This document shows, piece after piece, positions 39,192 through 52,400 of a stretch of DNA of 64,000 nt. Under the pieces are notes generated by a model that was not told the origin of the DNA, ran no database searches, and worked only from the letters and a program-made list of their open reading frames with translations. The position numbers were made by a program, and so were the translations under genes. How positions within the stretch are numbered: position 1 is the first letter of the stretch; each line of letters starts with the position of its first letter. Location of the stretch: contig OZ024741.1 in the NCBI GenBank assembly GCA_964016885.1, forward strand, positions 16,244,001-16,308,000, read 5' to 3'. The stretch is from Eledone cirrhosa (taxonomy: Eukaryota).

Positions 39192-40137
39192 ACTTTGAAT
39201 AACTTTGAAATGTTTTGGCCAGTATTGGCCCAGGCCATGTCTAACTTAATAGCACCACCTGGCGAAGTCTTTCAATTCAGGATTTGGGCCCCATGGCCCA
39301 TTCGAGAAGAGAATTACTGTTTGCAGAGACATATCCGGGTGTGGGTGGTTTGTCTGGGATTACTTGGAGGAATTTGTCCAAAGACTTCTTGAATTTTGTG
39401 TGGTCAGTTTCTGTTTTGACGTGTCCTAGTGTGATGTTGAAGAGAGCAGAGCGAATTGAGGTGAAATAATTGTGCCGTATTGTTGTTATGTGTTGCGATT
39501 TAGATTTTTGTTTGGGACGTATAGCACGGAGCCCAAGCCTTGGGTGTATTTTGAAGGTGATGCCAACATCATTTGGGCAGTGCTGATGAAACATTTTCCA
39601 CATCATGCAGATAATATAACGCTCACGGCGACGTTGGAGTGAGTAAAGTTTCAGCTTTTCTAGTCGACCCCAGTAGTCAAGGTCTGACATGCCATCTATC
39701 TTTTTCGTGATTGCCCTTTGGGGAGCTTCAAGTTTCATGATACTTTGTTGCGTGTGGGGAGACCACAGTGGACAACAGTATTCAAGGTGTGGTCGGGCAA
39801 AAGTGGAGAAGAGAAGGATAATGGTGTGGGAATCTCTCGACTGGAAGGTTCTGAGGATCCAGGAACACATTCTGCGGTCCATGTCAACTTTGCTGCTTAT
39901 ATGCGTGGCCCAGCTTATGTTGTTGTCCACGGTTACTCCCAAGTCTCTGATGTTGTTAGATGCCACGAGAGTTTCACCGGAGGGAAGGGAGTACGGGAGT
40001 TTCAGAGCATCGTCTTTTCCAAAGTGGATCAGTTCGAATTTGTCTTCGTTCAGTAACATGTTGTTCTTGTCCGCCCATTGTCCGCCCATTGGGTAACAGC
40101 CAGTAGGTCTGACTGAAGGCTTATCCGGTCATCGACG

Positions 40138-40139
<2 letters not shown>
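39190..40139 (-). mobile_element. 5'-truncated CR1-clade LINE (RT C-terminus and 3'UTR)
   Basis: LQSDLLAVTQWA..NNMLLNEDKF..RDLGV..RPHLEYCCPLWSPH..LYSLQRRRER..FKKSLDKFL..IPDKP. The tail is (TTCAAAGTTA)2. A short duplication (gtccgcccatt, about 40069-40090) breaks the frame. (TA)n lies on both sides. Confidence 0.88.
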
Positions 40140-40184
<45 letters not shown>

Positions 40185-40527
40185 GTGAGGTTTTTTTTGC
40201 AAAATGAAAAATAATCGAGGTGTCCTACACGCCTCCCAGGACATGTCGCAAGCCCATCGCCAGTTTTTGCAGTATAAGAGACTGCAATATATTTTTTGAA
40301 CTGACCCCTCTACCTAAAGCCTGAACACGACCCTACTTAACCCACGCGAAGGACGATGCCTCAATACAACCTCGTTTAATTTAATCTAATTTAATTTATT
40401 TTAATCAGAGTTCAAAGTTCAATATGTTTGAAGAAAACAAACCTTTGTTGATTGGAAAAGTCAACAGTAACCCTAACAAAATGCAAATATAGAAGAAAAC
40501 AAAAAAAATAATTACAATTAAAACTGC

Positions 40528-43500
40528 AAATAACAACAACAACAGTAACGACAACAACAATAATAACAACAACAGCAACAATAACAACAACAACAGTAAC
40601 AGCAACAATAACAACAACAACAGTAACAGCAACAATAACAACAACAACAGTAACAACAACAATAACAACAGTAACAGCAACAATAACAACTACAACAGTA
40701 ACAACAACAGTAACAACAATAACAACAGCAACAGTAACAACAACAACAGTAACAGCAACAACAATAACAACAACAATAACAACAACAACAATAACAACAA
40801 CAACAGTAACAACAACAGTAACAACAACAACAGTAACAACAACAATAACAACAACAACAGTAACAACAACAATAACAACAACAACAGTAACAACAACAAT
40901 AACAACAACAACAGTAACAGCAACAATAACAACAACAATAACAACAACAACAGTAACAGCAACAGTAACAACAACAACAGTAACAGCAACAATAACAACA
41001 ACAATAACAACAACAATAACAACAACAACAATAACAACAACAACAGTAACAGCAACAGTAACAACAACAACAGTAACAGCAACAATAACAACAACAATAA
41101 CAACAACAACAGTAACAACAACAGTAACAACAACAACAGTAACAACAACAGTAACAACAAAAGTAACAACAACAACAGTAACAACAACAGTAACAGCAAC
41201 AATAACAACAACAACAATAACAACAACAACAGTAACAGCAACAGTAACAACAACAACAGTAACAGCAACAGTAACAACAACAACAGTAACAGCAACAATA
41301 ACAACAACAACAACAGTAACAACAACAACAGTAACAACAACAATAACAACAACAACAGTAACAACAACAATAACAACAACAACAATAACAACAACAACAG
41401 TAACAGCAACAGTAACAGCAACAACAATAACAACAACAACAGTAACAGCAACAGTAACAACAACAACAGTAACAGCAACAATAACAACAACAACAATAAC
41501 AACAACAACAGTAACAACAACAATAACAACAACAACAGTAACAGCAACAACGGTAACAACAACAACAATAACAACAACAACGGTAACAACAACAATAACA
41601 ACAACAACAGTAACAACAACAATAACAACAACAACAATAACAACAACAACAGTAACAACAACAATAACAACAACAACAGTAACAGCAACAATAACAGCAA
41701 CAATAACAACAACAATAACAACAACAACAGTAACAGCAACAATAACAACAACAGTAACAGCAACAATAACAACAACAATAACAACAACAACAGTAACAGC
41801 AACAGTAACAACAACAACAGTAACAACAACAATAACAACAACAACAGTAACAGCAACAACAGTAACAACAACAGTAACAGCAACAACAGTAACAACAACA
41901 ATAACAACAACAACAGTAACAGCAACAGTAACAACGACAACAGTAACAACAACAACAACAATAACAACAACAACAGTAACAACAACAATAACAACAACAA
42001 CAGTAACAGCAACAATAACAACAGCAACAATAACAACAACAACAACAATAACAACAACAACAACAGTAACAACAACAATAACAACAACAACAGTAACAAC
42101 AACAATAACAACAACAACAGTAACAGCAACAATAACAACAGCAACAATAACAACAACAACAATAACAACAACAACAACAGTAACAACAACAATAACAACA
42201 ACAACAGTAACAACAACAATAACAACAACAACAGTAACAGCAACAATAACAACAACAACAATAACAACAACAACAGTAACAAAAACAATAACAACAACAA
42301 CAGTAACAACAACAATAACAACAACAACAGTAACAACAACAACAATAACAACAACAACAGTAACAACAACAATAACAACAACAACAGTAACAGCAACAAT
42401 AACAACAGCAACAATAACAACAGTAACAACAATAACAACAACAACAACAGTAACAACAACAATAACAACAACAACAGTAACAACAACAATAACAACAACA
42501 ACAGTAACAGCAACAATAACAACAGCAACAATAACAACAACAACAATAACAACAACAACAACAGTAACAATAACAATAACAACAACAACAGTAACAACAA
42601 CAATAACAACAACAACAGTAACAGCAACAATAACAACAACAGTAACAACAACAACAGTAACAGCAACAACAATAACAACAACAACAATAACAACAACAGT
42701 AACAACAACAACAATAACAACAACAACAGTAACAACAACAGTAACAACAACTACAGTAAAAACAACAACAGTAACAACAACAGTAACAACAACAGTAACA
42801 GCAACAACAATAACAACAACAACAATAACAACAACAGTAACAACAACAACAGTAACAACAACAATAACAACAACGACAATAACAACAACAATAACAACAA
42901 CAACAATAACAACAACAGTAACAACAACAACAACAACAGTAACAACAACAGTAACAGCAACAGTAACAACAACAGTAACAACAGCAACAGTAACAACAAT
43001 AACAATAACAACAGTAACAACAACAACAGTAACAACAACTATAACAACAACAACAGTAACAACAACAACAATAACAACAACAACAGTAACAACAACAACA
43101 GTAACAACAACAACAGTCACAAGAACAGTAACAACAGCAACAGTAACAGCAACAACAACAACAGTAACAACAACAGTAACAACAACAGTAACAACAGCAA
43201 CAGCAACAACAACAACAGTAACAACAACAACAACAGTAACAACAACAGTAACAACAACAACAGTAGCAACAACAACAGTAACAACAACAACAGTAACAAC
43301 AGCAACAACAGTAATAACAACAGTAACAACAACAGTAACAACAGCAACAACAGTAACAACAACAACAGTAACAACAACAGCAGTAACAACAACAACAGTA
43401 ACAACAACAACAGTAACAACAACAACAGTAACAACAACAACAGTAACAACAACAACAGTAACAACAGCAACAACAGTAATAACAACAGTAACAACAACAG

Positions 43501-46500
43501 TAACAACAGCAACAGTAACAACAACAACAGTAACAGCAACAACAACAACAGTAACAACAACAACAGTAACAACAGCAACAACAGTAACAACAACAGTAAC
43601 AACAGCAACAGTAACAACAGCAACAACAGTAACAACAACAGTAACAACAACAACAGTAACAACAACAATAACAGCAACAACAGTAACAACAACAATAACA
43701 ACAACAACAGTAACAGCAACAGTAACAACGACAACAGTAACAACAACAACAACAATAACAACAACAACAGTAACAACAACAATAACAACAACAACAGTAA
43801 CAGCAACAATAGCAACAGCAACAATAACAACAACAACAACAATAACAACAACAACAACAGTAACAACAACAATAACGACAACAACAGTAACAGCAACAAT
43901 AACAACAACAACAATAACAACAACAACAGTAACAAAAACAATAACAACAACAACAGTAACAACAACAACAATAACAACAACAACAGTAACAACAACAATA
44001 ACAACAACAACAGTAACAGCAACAATAACAACAGCAACAATAACAACAACAACAACAATAACAACAACAACAACAGTAACAACAACAATAACAACAACAA
44101 CAGTAACAACAACAATAACAACAACAACAGTAACAGCAACAATAACAACAGCAACAATAACAACAACAACAATAACAACAACAACAACAGTAACAACAGT
44201 AAGAACAACAATAACAACAACAACAGTAACAACAACAACAATAACAACAACAACAGTAACAACAACAATAACAACAACAACAGTAACAGCAACAATAGCA
44301 ACAACAGTAACAACAACAACAGAAACAGCAACTATAACAACAACAACAATAACAACAACAGTAACAACAACAACAATAACAACAACAACAGTAACAACAA
44401 CAGTAACAACAACAACAGTAACAACAACAACAGTAACAACAACAGTAACAACAACAGTAACAGCAACAACAATAACAACAACAACAATAACAACAACAGT
44501 AACAACAACAACAGTAACAACAACAATAACAACAACAACAATAACAACAACAATAACAACAACAACAATAACAACAACAGTAACAACAACAACAACAACA
44601 ATAACAACAGTAACAACAACAACAGTAACAACAACAACAGTCACAAGAACAGTAACAACAGCAACAGTAACAGCAACAACAACAACAGTAACAACAACAG
44701 TAACAACAGCAACAGCAACAACAACAACAGTAACAACAACAACAACAGTAACAACAACAGTAACAACAACAACAGTAACAACAACAACAGTAACAACAAC
44801 AACAGTAACAACAACAACAGTAACAACAGCAACAACAGTAACAACAACAGTAACAACAACAACAGTAACAACAACAACAGTAACAACAACAACAGTAACA
44901 ACAACAACAGTAACAACAACAACAGTAACAACAACAAAAGTAACAACAACAACAGTAACGACAGCAACAACAGTAATAACAACAGTAACAACAACAGTAA
45001 CAACAGCAACAACAGTAACAACAACAACAGTAACAACAACAGCAGTAACAACAACAACAGTAACAACAGCAACAACAGTAACAACAACAGTAACAACAAC
45101 AACAGTAACAACAACAACAGTAACAACAACAACAGTAACAACAACAACAGTAACAACAACAACAGTAACAACAACAACAGTAACAACAGCAACAACAGTA
45201 ATAACAACAGTAACAACAACAGTAACAACAGCAACAGTAACAACAACAACAGTAACAGCAACAACAACAACAGTAACAACAACAACAGTAACAACAGCAA
45301 CAACAGTAACAACAACAGTAACAACAGCAACAGTAACAACAGCAACAACAGTAACAACAACAGTAACAACAACAACAGTAACAACAGCAACAACAGTAAC
45401 AACAACAATAACAACAACAACAGTAACAACAACAGTAACAACAACAACAGTAACAACAACAGTAACAACAACAGTAACAACAGCAACAGTAACAACAACA
45501 ACAACAACAGTAACAACACCAACAATAACAACAACAACAATAACAACAACAACAGTAACAACACCAACAGTAACAACAACAACAGTAACAACAGCAACAG
45601 TAACAACAACAGTAACAACATCAACAGTAACAACAACAACAGTAACAGCAACAACAACAACAGTAACAACAACAACAGTAACAACAACAACAGTAACAAC
45701 AGCAACAGTAACAACAACAGTAACAACAGCAACAGTAACAACAACAACAGTAACAGCAACAACAACAACAGTAACAACAACAACAGTAACAACAGCAACA
45801 ACAGTAACAACAACAGTAACAACAGCAACAGTAACAACAACAATAACAACAACAACAGTAACAACAGCAACAACAGTAACAACAACAGAAACAACAACAG
45901 TAACAACAGCAACAGTAACAACAACAATAACAACAACAACAGTAACAACAACAGTAACAACACCAACAGTAACAACAACAGTAACAACAGCAACAGTAAC
46001 AACAACAATAACAACACCAACAATAACAACAACAACAGTAACAACAGCAACAGTAACAACAACAACAGTAACAACAGCAACAGTAACAACAACAGTAACA
46101 ACAACAACAGTAACAGCAACAACAACAACAGTAACAACAACAACAGTAACAACAGCAACAGTAACAACAACAATAACAACAACAACAACACCAACAGTAA
46201 CAACAACAACAGTAACAACGGCAACAGTAACAACAACAATAACAACAACAACAGTAACAACAACAGTAACAACACCAACAGTAAGAATAACAACAATAAC
46301 AACAACAACAGTAACAACACCAACAGTAACAACAGCAACAGTAACAACAACAGTAACAACAACAACAGTAACAGCAACAACAACAACAGTAACAACAACA
46401 ACAGTAACAACAGCAACAGTAACAACAACAGTAACAACAACAACAGTAACAACAACCACAGTAACAACAACAACAGTAACAACAACAACAGTAACAACAA

Positions 46501-46652
46501 CAACAGTAACAACATCAACAGTAACAACAACAACAGTAACAACATCAACAGTAACAACATCAACAGTAACAACAACAACAGTAACAACAACAACAGTAAC
46601 AACATCAACAGTAACAACAACAACAGTAACAACATCAACAGTAACAACAACA
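40528..46652. repeat. About 6.1-kb complex trinucleotide satellite: (AAC)n punctuated by AGT, AAT and AGC
   Basis: Directly visible. It produces the poly-Val and poly-Leu pseudo-ORFs. Confidence 0.97.
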
Positions 46653-46763
46653 TCATGTACAGAAACAATGGAAGCCAGCTTTTCGAATCTTCTCGGGTTG
46701 ATAAAATAATAAAATGGTTCACCAATCTTTAAACGTCTTCGAGCAATTATCTACACACTGTCG

Positions 46764-49378
46764 TATATATATTATATATATATATATTATATGTATATAT
46801 ATATCATATGTATATATATATGTATATGTATATATATTATATGTATATATATTATATGTATATATATTATATATATTATATGTATATATATATTATATGT
46901 GTATATATATTATATGTGTATATATATTATATGTGTATATATATTATATGTATATATATATTATATGTATATATATATTATATGTGTATATATATCATAT
47001 GTATATATATGTATATGTATATATATTATATGTATATATATATTATATCTGTATATATATTATACATGTATATATATTATATGTATATATATATTATATG
47101 TGTATATATATTATATGTGTATATATATTATATGTGTACATATTATATGTATATATATTATGTGTATATATATCATATGTATATATATGTATATGTATAT
47201 ATATTATGTATATATATTATATGTATATATATTATATGTATATATATATTATATGTATATATATATTATATGTGTATATATATCATATGTATATATATGT
47301 ATATGTATATATATTATATGTATATATATATTATATCTGTATATATATTATACATGTATATATATTATATGTATATATATTATATGTGTATATATATTAT
47401 ATGTGTATATATATTATATGTATATATATTATATGTGTATATATTATATGTGTATATTATATGTATATATATATTATATGTTTATATATATTATATGTGT
47501 ATATATATTATATGTATATATGTATATGTATATATATTATATGTGTATATATATTATATGTATATATATATTATATGTGTATATATATTATATGTGTATG
47601 TATATTATATGTGTATATATATTATATGTATATATATATTATGTGTATATATATTATATGTGTATATATATGTATATGTATATATATGTACATTTATATA
47701 TATTATATGTGTATATATATTATATGTATATATATGTATATGTATATATATTATATGTATATATATATTATATGTGTATATATATTATGTGTATATATAT
47801 TATATGTATATATATGTATATGTATATATATTATATGTGTATATATATTATATGTGTATATATATTATATGTATATATATTATATGTATATATATTATAT
47901 GTGTATATATATTATATGTATATATATATTATATGTGTATATATATTATATGTGTATATATATTATATGTATATATATGTATATGTATATATATTATATG
48001 TGTATATATAGTATATGTATCTATATGTATATATATTATATGTGTATATATATTATATGTATATATATATTGTGTATATATATTATATGTATATATATGT
48101 ATATGTATATATATTATATGTGTATATATATTATATGTATATATATTATATGTATATATATTATATGTATATATTTTATATGTGTATATATATTATATGT
48201 ATATATATTATATGTATATATATTATATGTATATATTTTATATGTGTATATATATTATATGTATATATATATTGTGTATATATATTATATGTATATATAT
48301 GTATATGTATATATATTATATGTGTATATATATTATATGTATATATATATTGTGTATATATATTATATGTATATATATGTATATGTATATATATTATATG
48401 TATATATATATTATATGTGTATATATATTATATGTGTATATATATTATATGTATATATATTATATGTATATATATATTATATGTATATATATATTGTATG
48501 TGTATATATATTGTATGTGTATATATGTATATGTATATATATTATATGTGTATATATATTATATGTATATATATTATATGTATATATATATTATGTATAT
48601 ATTTTATATGTGTATATATATTATATGTATATATATATTGTATGTGTATATATATTGTATGTGTATATATGTATATGTATATATATTATATGTGTATATA
48701 TATTATATGTATATATATTATATGTATATATATTATATGTATATATTTTATATGTGTATATATATTATATGTATATATATATTGTATGTGTATATATATT
48801 GTATGTGTATATATGTATATGTATATATATTATATGTGTATATATATTATATGTATATATATTATATGTATATATATTATATGTATATATTTTATATGTG
48901 TATATATATTATATGTATATATATATTGTATGTGTATATATATTGTATGTGTATATATGTATATGTATATATATTATATGTGTATATATATTATATGTAT
49001 ATATATTATATGTATATATATTATATGTATATATTTTATATGTGTATATATATTATATGTATATATATATTGTATGTGTATATATATTGTATGTGTATAT
49101 ATGTATATGTATATATATTATATGTGTATATATATTATATGTATATATATTATATGTATATATATTATATGTATATATTTTATATGTGTATATATATTAT
49201 ATGTATATATATATTGTATGTGTATATATATTGTATGTGTATATATGTATATGTATATATATTATATGTGTATATATATTATATGTATATATATTATATG
49301 TATATATATTATATGTATATATTTTATATGTGTATATATATTATATGTATATATATATTGTATGTGTATATATATTAT
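46764..49378. repeat. TA-rich 16-18-bp minisatellite (tattatatgtatata) with a 144-bp higher-order unit in its distal part
   Basis: The marker attttatatg is at 48601, 48745, 48889, 49033, 49177 and 49321. Confidence 0.93.
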
Positions 49379-49449
49379 GTGTGGTGGAGTGGTGGTGTGT
49401 AGGGTGGTGAAGTGGTAGTGTGTCTGGTGGGGTGAGGGTATGCAGGGGT

Positions 49450-52400
49450 CTGTAGTGGTGTGCTGGTGTTTTAGAGGGTGTGTAGTTGTGTTTTGGAGGG
49501 TGTGTAGTGGTGTGGTGGTGTTTTGGAGGGTGTGTCGTGGTGGGAGGGTGTTTTGGAGTGTGTGTAGTAGTGTGGTGGTGTTTTGGAGGGTGTATAGTGG
49601 TGTTTGGGAGGGTGCATAGTGGTGTGGTGGTGTTTGAGAGGGTGTGTAGTGGTGTGGTGGTGTTTGAGAGTGTGTGTAGTGGTATGGTTGTGTTTTGGAG
49701 GGTGTATAGTGGTGTTTGGGAGGGTGCATAGTGGTGTGGTGGTGTTTGGGAGTGTGTGTAGTGGTATAGTTGTGTTTTGGAGGGTGTATAGTGGTGTTTG
49801 GGAGGGTGCATAGTGGTGTGGTGGTGTTTGGGAGTGTGTGTAGTGGTGTGGTGGTGTTTGAGAGGGTGTGTAGTGGTGTGGTGGTGTTTGGGAGTGTGTG
49901 TAGTGGTATGGTTGTGTTTTGGAGGGTGTATAGTGGTGTTTGGGAGGGTGCATAGTGGTGTGGTGGTGTTTGGGAGTGTGTGTAGCGGTGTGGTGGTGTT
50001 TGGGAGGGTGTGTAGTGGTGTGGTGGTGTTTTGGAGTGTGTGTAGTGGTGTGGTGGTGTTTGGGAGGGTGCATAGTGGTGTGGTGGTGTTTGGGAGTGTG
50101 TGTAGCGGTGTGGTGGTGTTTGGGAGGGTGCATAGTGGTGTGGTGCTGTTTGGGAGTGTGTGTAGTGGTGTGGTGGTGTTTGAGAGGGTGTGTAGTGGTG
50201 TGGTGGTGTTTGGGAGTGTGTGTAGTAGTGTGGTGGTGTTTTGGAGGGTGTATAGTGGTGTTTGGGAGGGTGCATAGTGGTGTGGTGGTGTTTGGGAGTG
50301 TGTGTAGCGGTGTGGTGGTGTTTGGGATGGTGTGTAGTGGTGTTTTGGAGTGTGTGTAGTAGTGTGGTGGTGTTTTGGAGGGTGTATAGTGGTGTTTGGG
50401 AGGGTGCATAGTGGTATGGTGGTGTTTGGGAGTGTGTGTAGCGGTGTGGTGGTGTTTGGGAGGGTGTGTAGTGGTGTGGTGGTGTTTTGGAGTGTGTGTA
50501 GTAGTGTGGTAGTGTTTTGGAGGGTGTGTAGTGGTGTGGTGGTGTTTGGGAGGGTGTGTAGTGGTGTTTGGGAGGGTGCATAGTGGTGTGGTGGTGTTTG
50601 GGAGGGTGTGTAGTGGTGTGGTGGTGTTTGGGAGGGTGTGTAGTGGTGTTTGGGAGGGTGTGTAGTGGTGTGGTGGTGTTTGGGAGGGTGTATAGTGGTG
50701 TGGTGGTGTTTTGGAGGGTGTATAGTGGTGTGGTGGTGTTTTGGAGGGTGTGTAGTGGTGTGGTGGTGTTTTGGAGGGTGTATAGTAGTGTTTGGGAGGG
50801 TGTGTAGTGGTGTGGTGGTGTTTTGGAGGGTGTATAGTGGTGTGGTGGTGTTTGGGAGGGTGTGTAGTGGTGTTTGGGAGGGTGTGTAGTGGTGTGGTGG
50901 TGTTTTGGAGGGTGTACAGTGGTGTGGTGGTGTTTTGGAGGGTGTATAGTGGTGTTTGGGAGGGTGTGTAGTGGTGTGGTGGTGTTTTGGAGGGTGTGTA
51001 GTTGTGTGGTGGTGTTTTGGAGGGTGTATAATGGTGTGGTGGTGTTTGGGAGTGTGTGTAGTAGTCTGGTGGTGTTTGGGAGGGTGTATAGTGGTGTGGT
51101 GGTCTTTTGGAGTGTGTGTAGCGGTGTGGTGGTGTTTTGGAGTGTGTGTAGTGGTGCGGTGGTGTTTTGGAGGGTGTATAGTTGTGTGGGGGTGTTTTGG
51201 AGGGTGTGTAGTGGTGTGGTGGTGTTTTGGGGGATGTATATTGGTGTGGTGGTGTTTTGGAGGGTGTATAGTGGTGTTTGGGAGGGTGTGTAGTGGTGTG
51301 GTGGTGTTTTGGAGGATGTATATTGGTGTGGTGGTGTTTTGGAGGGTGTATAGTGGTGTTTGGAAGGGTGTGTAGTGGTGTGGTGGTGTTTTGGAGTGTG
51401 TATAGTGGTGTGGTGGTGTTTTGGAGGGTGTATAGTGGTGTGGTGGTGTTTTGGAGTGTGTATAGTGGTGTGGGGGTGTTTTGGAGGGTGTGTAGTGGTG
51501 TGGTGGTGTTTTGGAGTGTGTATAGTGGTGTGTGGGTGTTTTGGAGGGTGTATAGTGGTGTGGTGGTGTTTGGGAGGGTGTGTGGTGGTGTTTGGGAGGG
51601 TGTGTAGTGGTGTGGTGGTGTTTTGGAGGGTGTATAGTGGTGTGGTGGTGTTTTGGAGGGTGTATAGTGGTGTGGTGGTGTTTTGGAGGGTGTATAGTGA
51701 TGTGGTGGTGTTTTGGAGGGTGTGTAGTTGTGTGGTGGTGTTTGGGAGGGTGTATAGTGGTGTGGTGGTGTTTTGGAGGGTGTATAGTGGTGTTTGGGAG
51801 GGTGTGTAGTGGTGTGGTGGTGTTTTGGAGGGTGTATAGTGGTGTTTGGGAGGGTGTGTAGTAATGTGGTGTTGTTTTGGAGGGTGTATAGTGGTGTGGT
51901 GGTGTTTTGGAGGGTGTATAGTGATGTGGTGGTGTTTTGGAGGGTGTATAGTGGTGTGGTGGTGTTTTGGAGGGTGTATAGTGGTGTTTGGGAGGGTGTG
52001 TAGTGGTGTGGTGGTGTTTGGGAGGGTGTATAGTGGTGTGGTGGTGTTTGGGAGGGTGTATAGTGGTGTGGTGGTGTTTTGGAGGGTGTATAGTGGTGTT
52101 TGGGAGGGTGTGTAGTGGTGTGGTGGTGTTTTGGAGGGTGTATAGTGGTGTTTGGGAGGGTGTGTAGTGGTGTGGTGGTGTTTTGGAGGGTGTGTAGTGG
52201 TGTTTGGGAGGGTGTGTAGTAATGTGGTGTTGTTTTGGAGGGTGTATAGTGGTGTGGTGGTGTTTGGGAGGGTGTGTAGTTGTGTGGTGGTGTTTGGGAG
52301 GGTGTGTAGTGGTGTGGTGGTGTTTTGGAGGGTGTATAGTGGTGTGGTGGTGTTTTGGAGGGTGTATAGTGGTGTGGTGGTGTTTGGGAGGGTGTGTAGT

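Noticed and set aside
40412-46725. 2015-aa poly-Val/Thr/Ile and poly-Leu ORFs
   Set aside because: They are translations of the (GTT)n strand of a trinucleotide satellite, with no domain or unique coding sequence.
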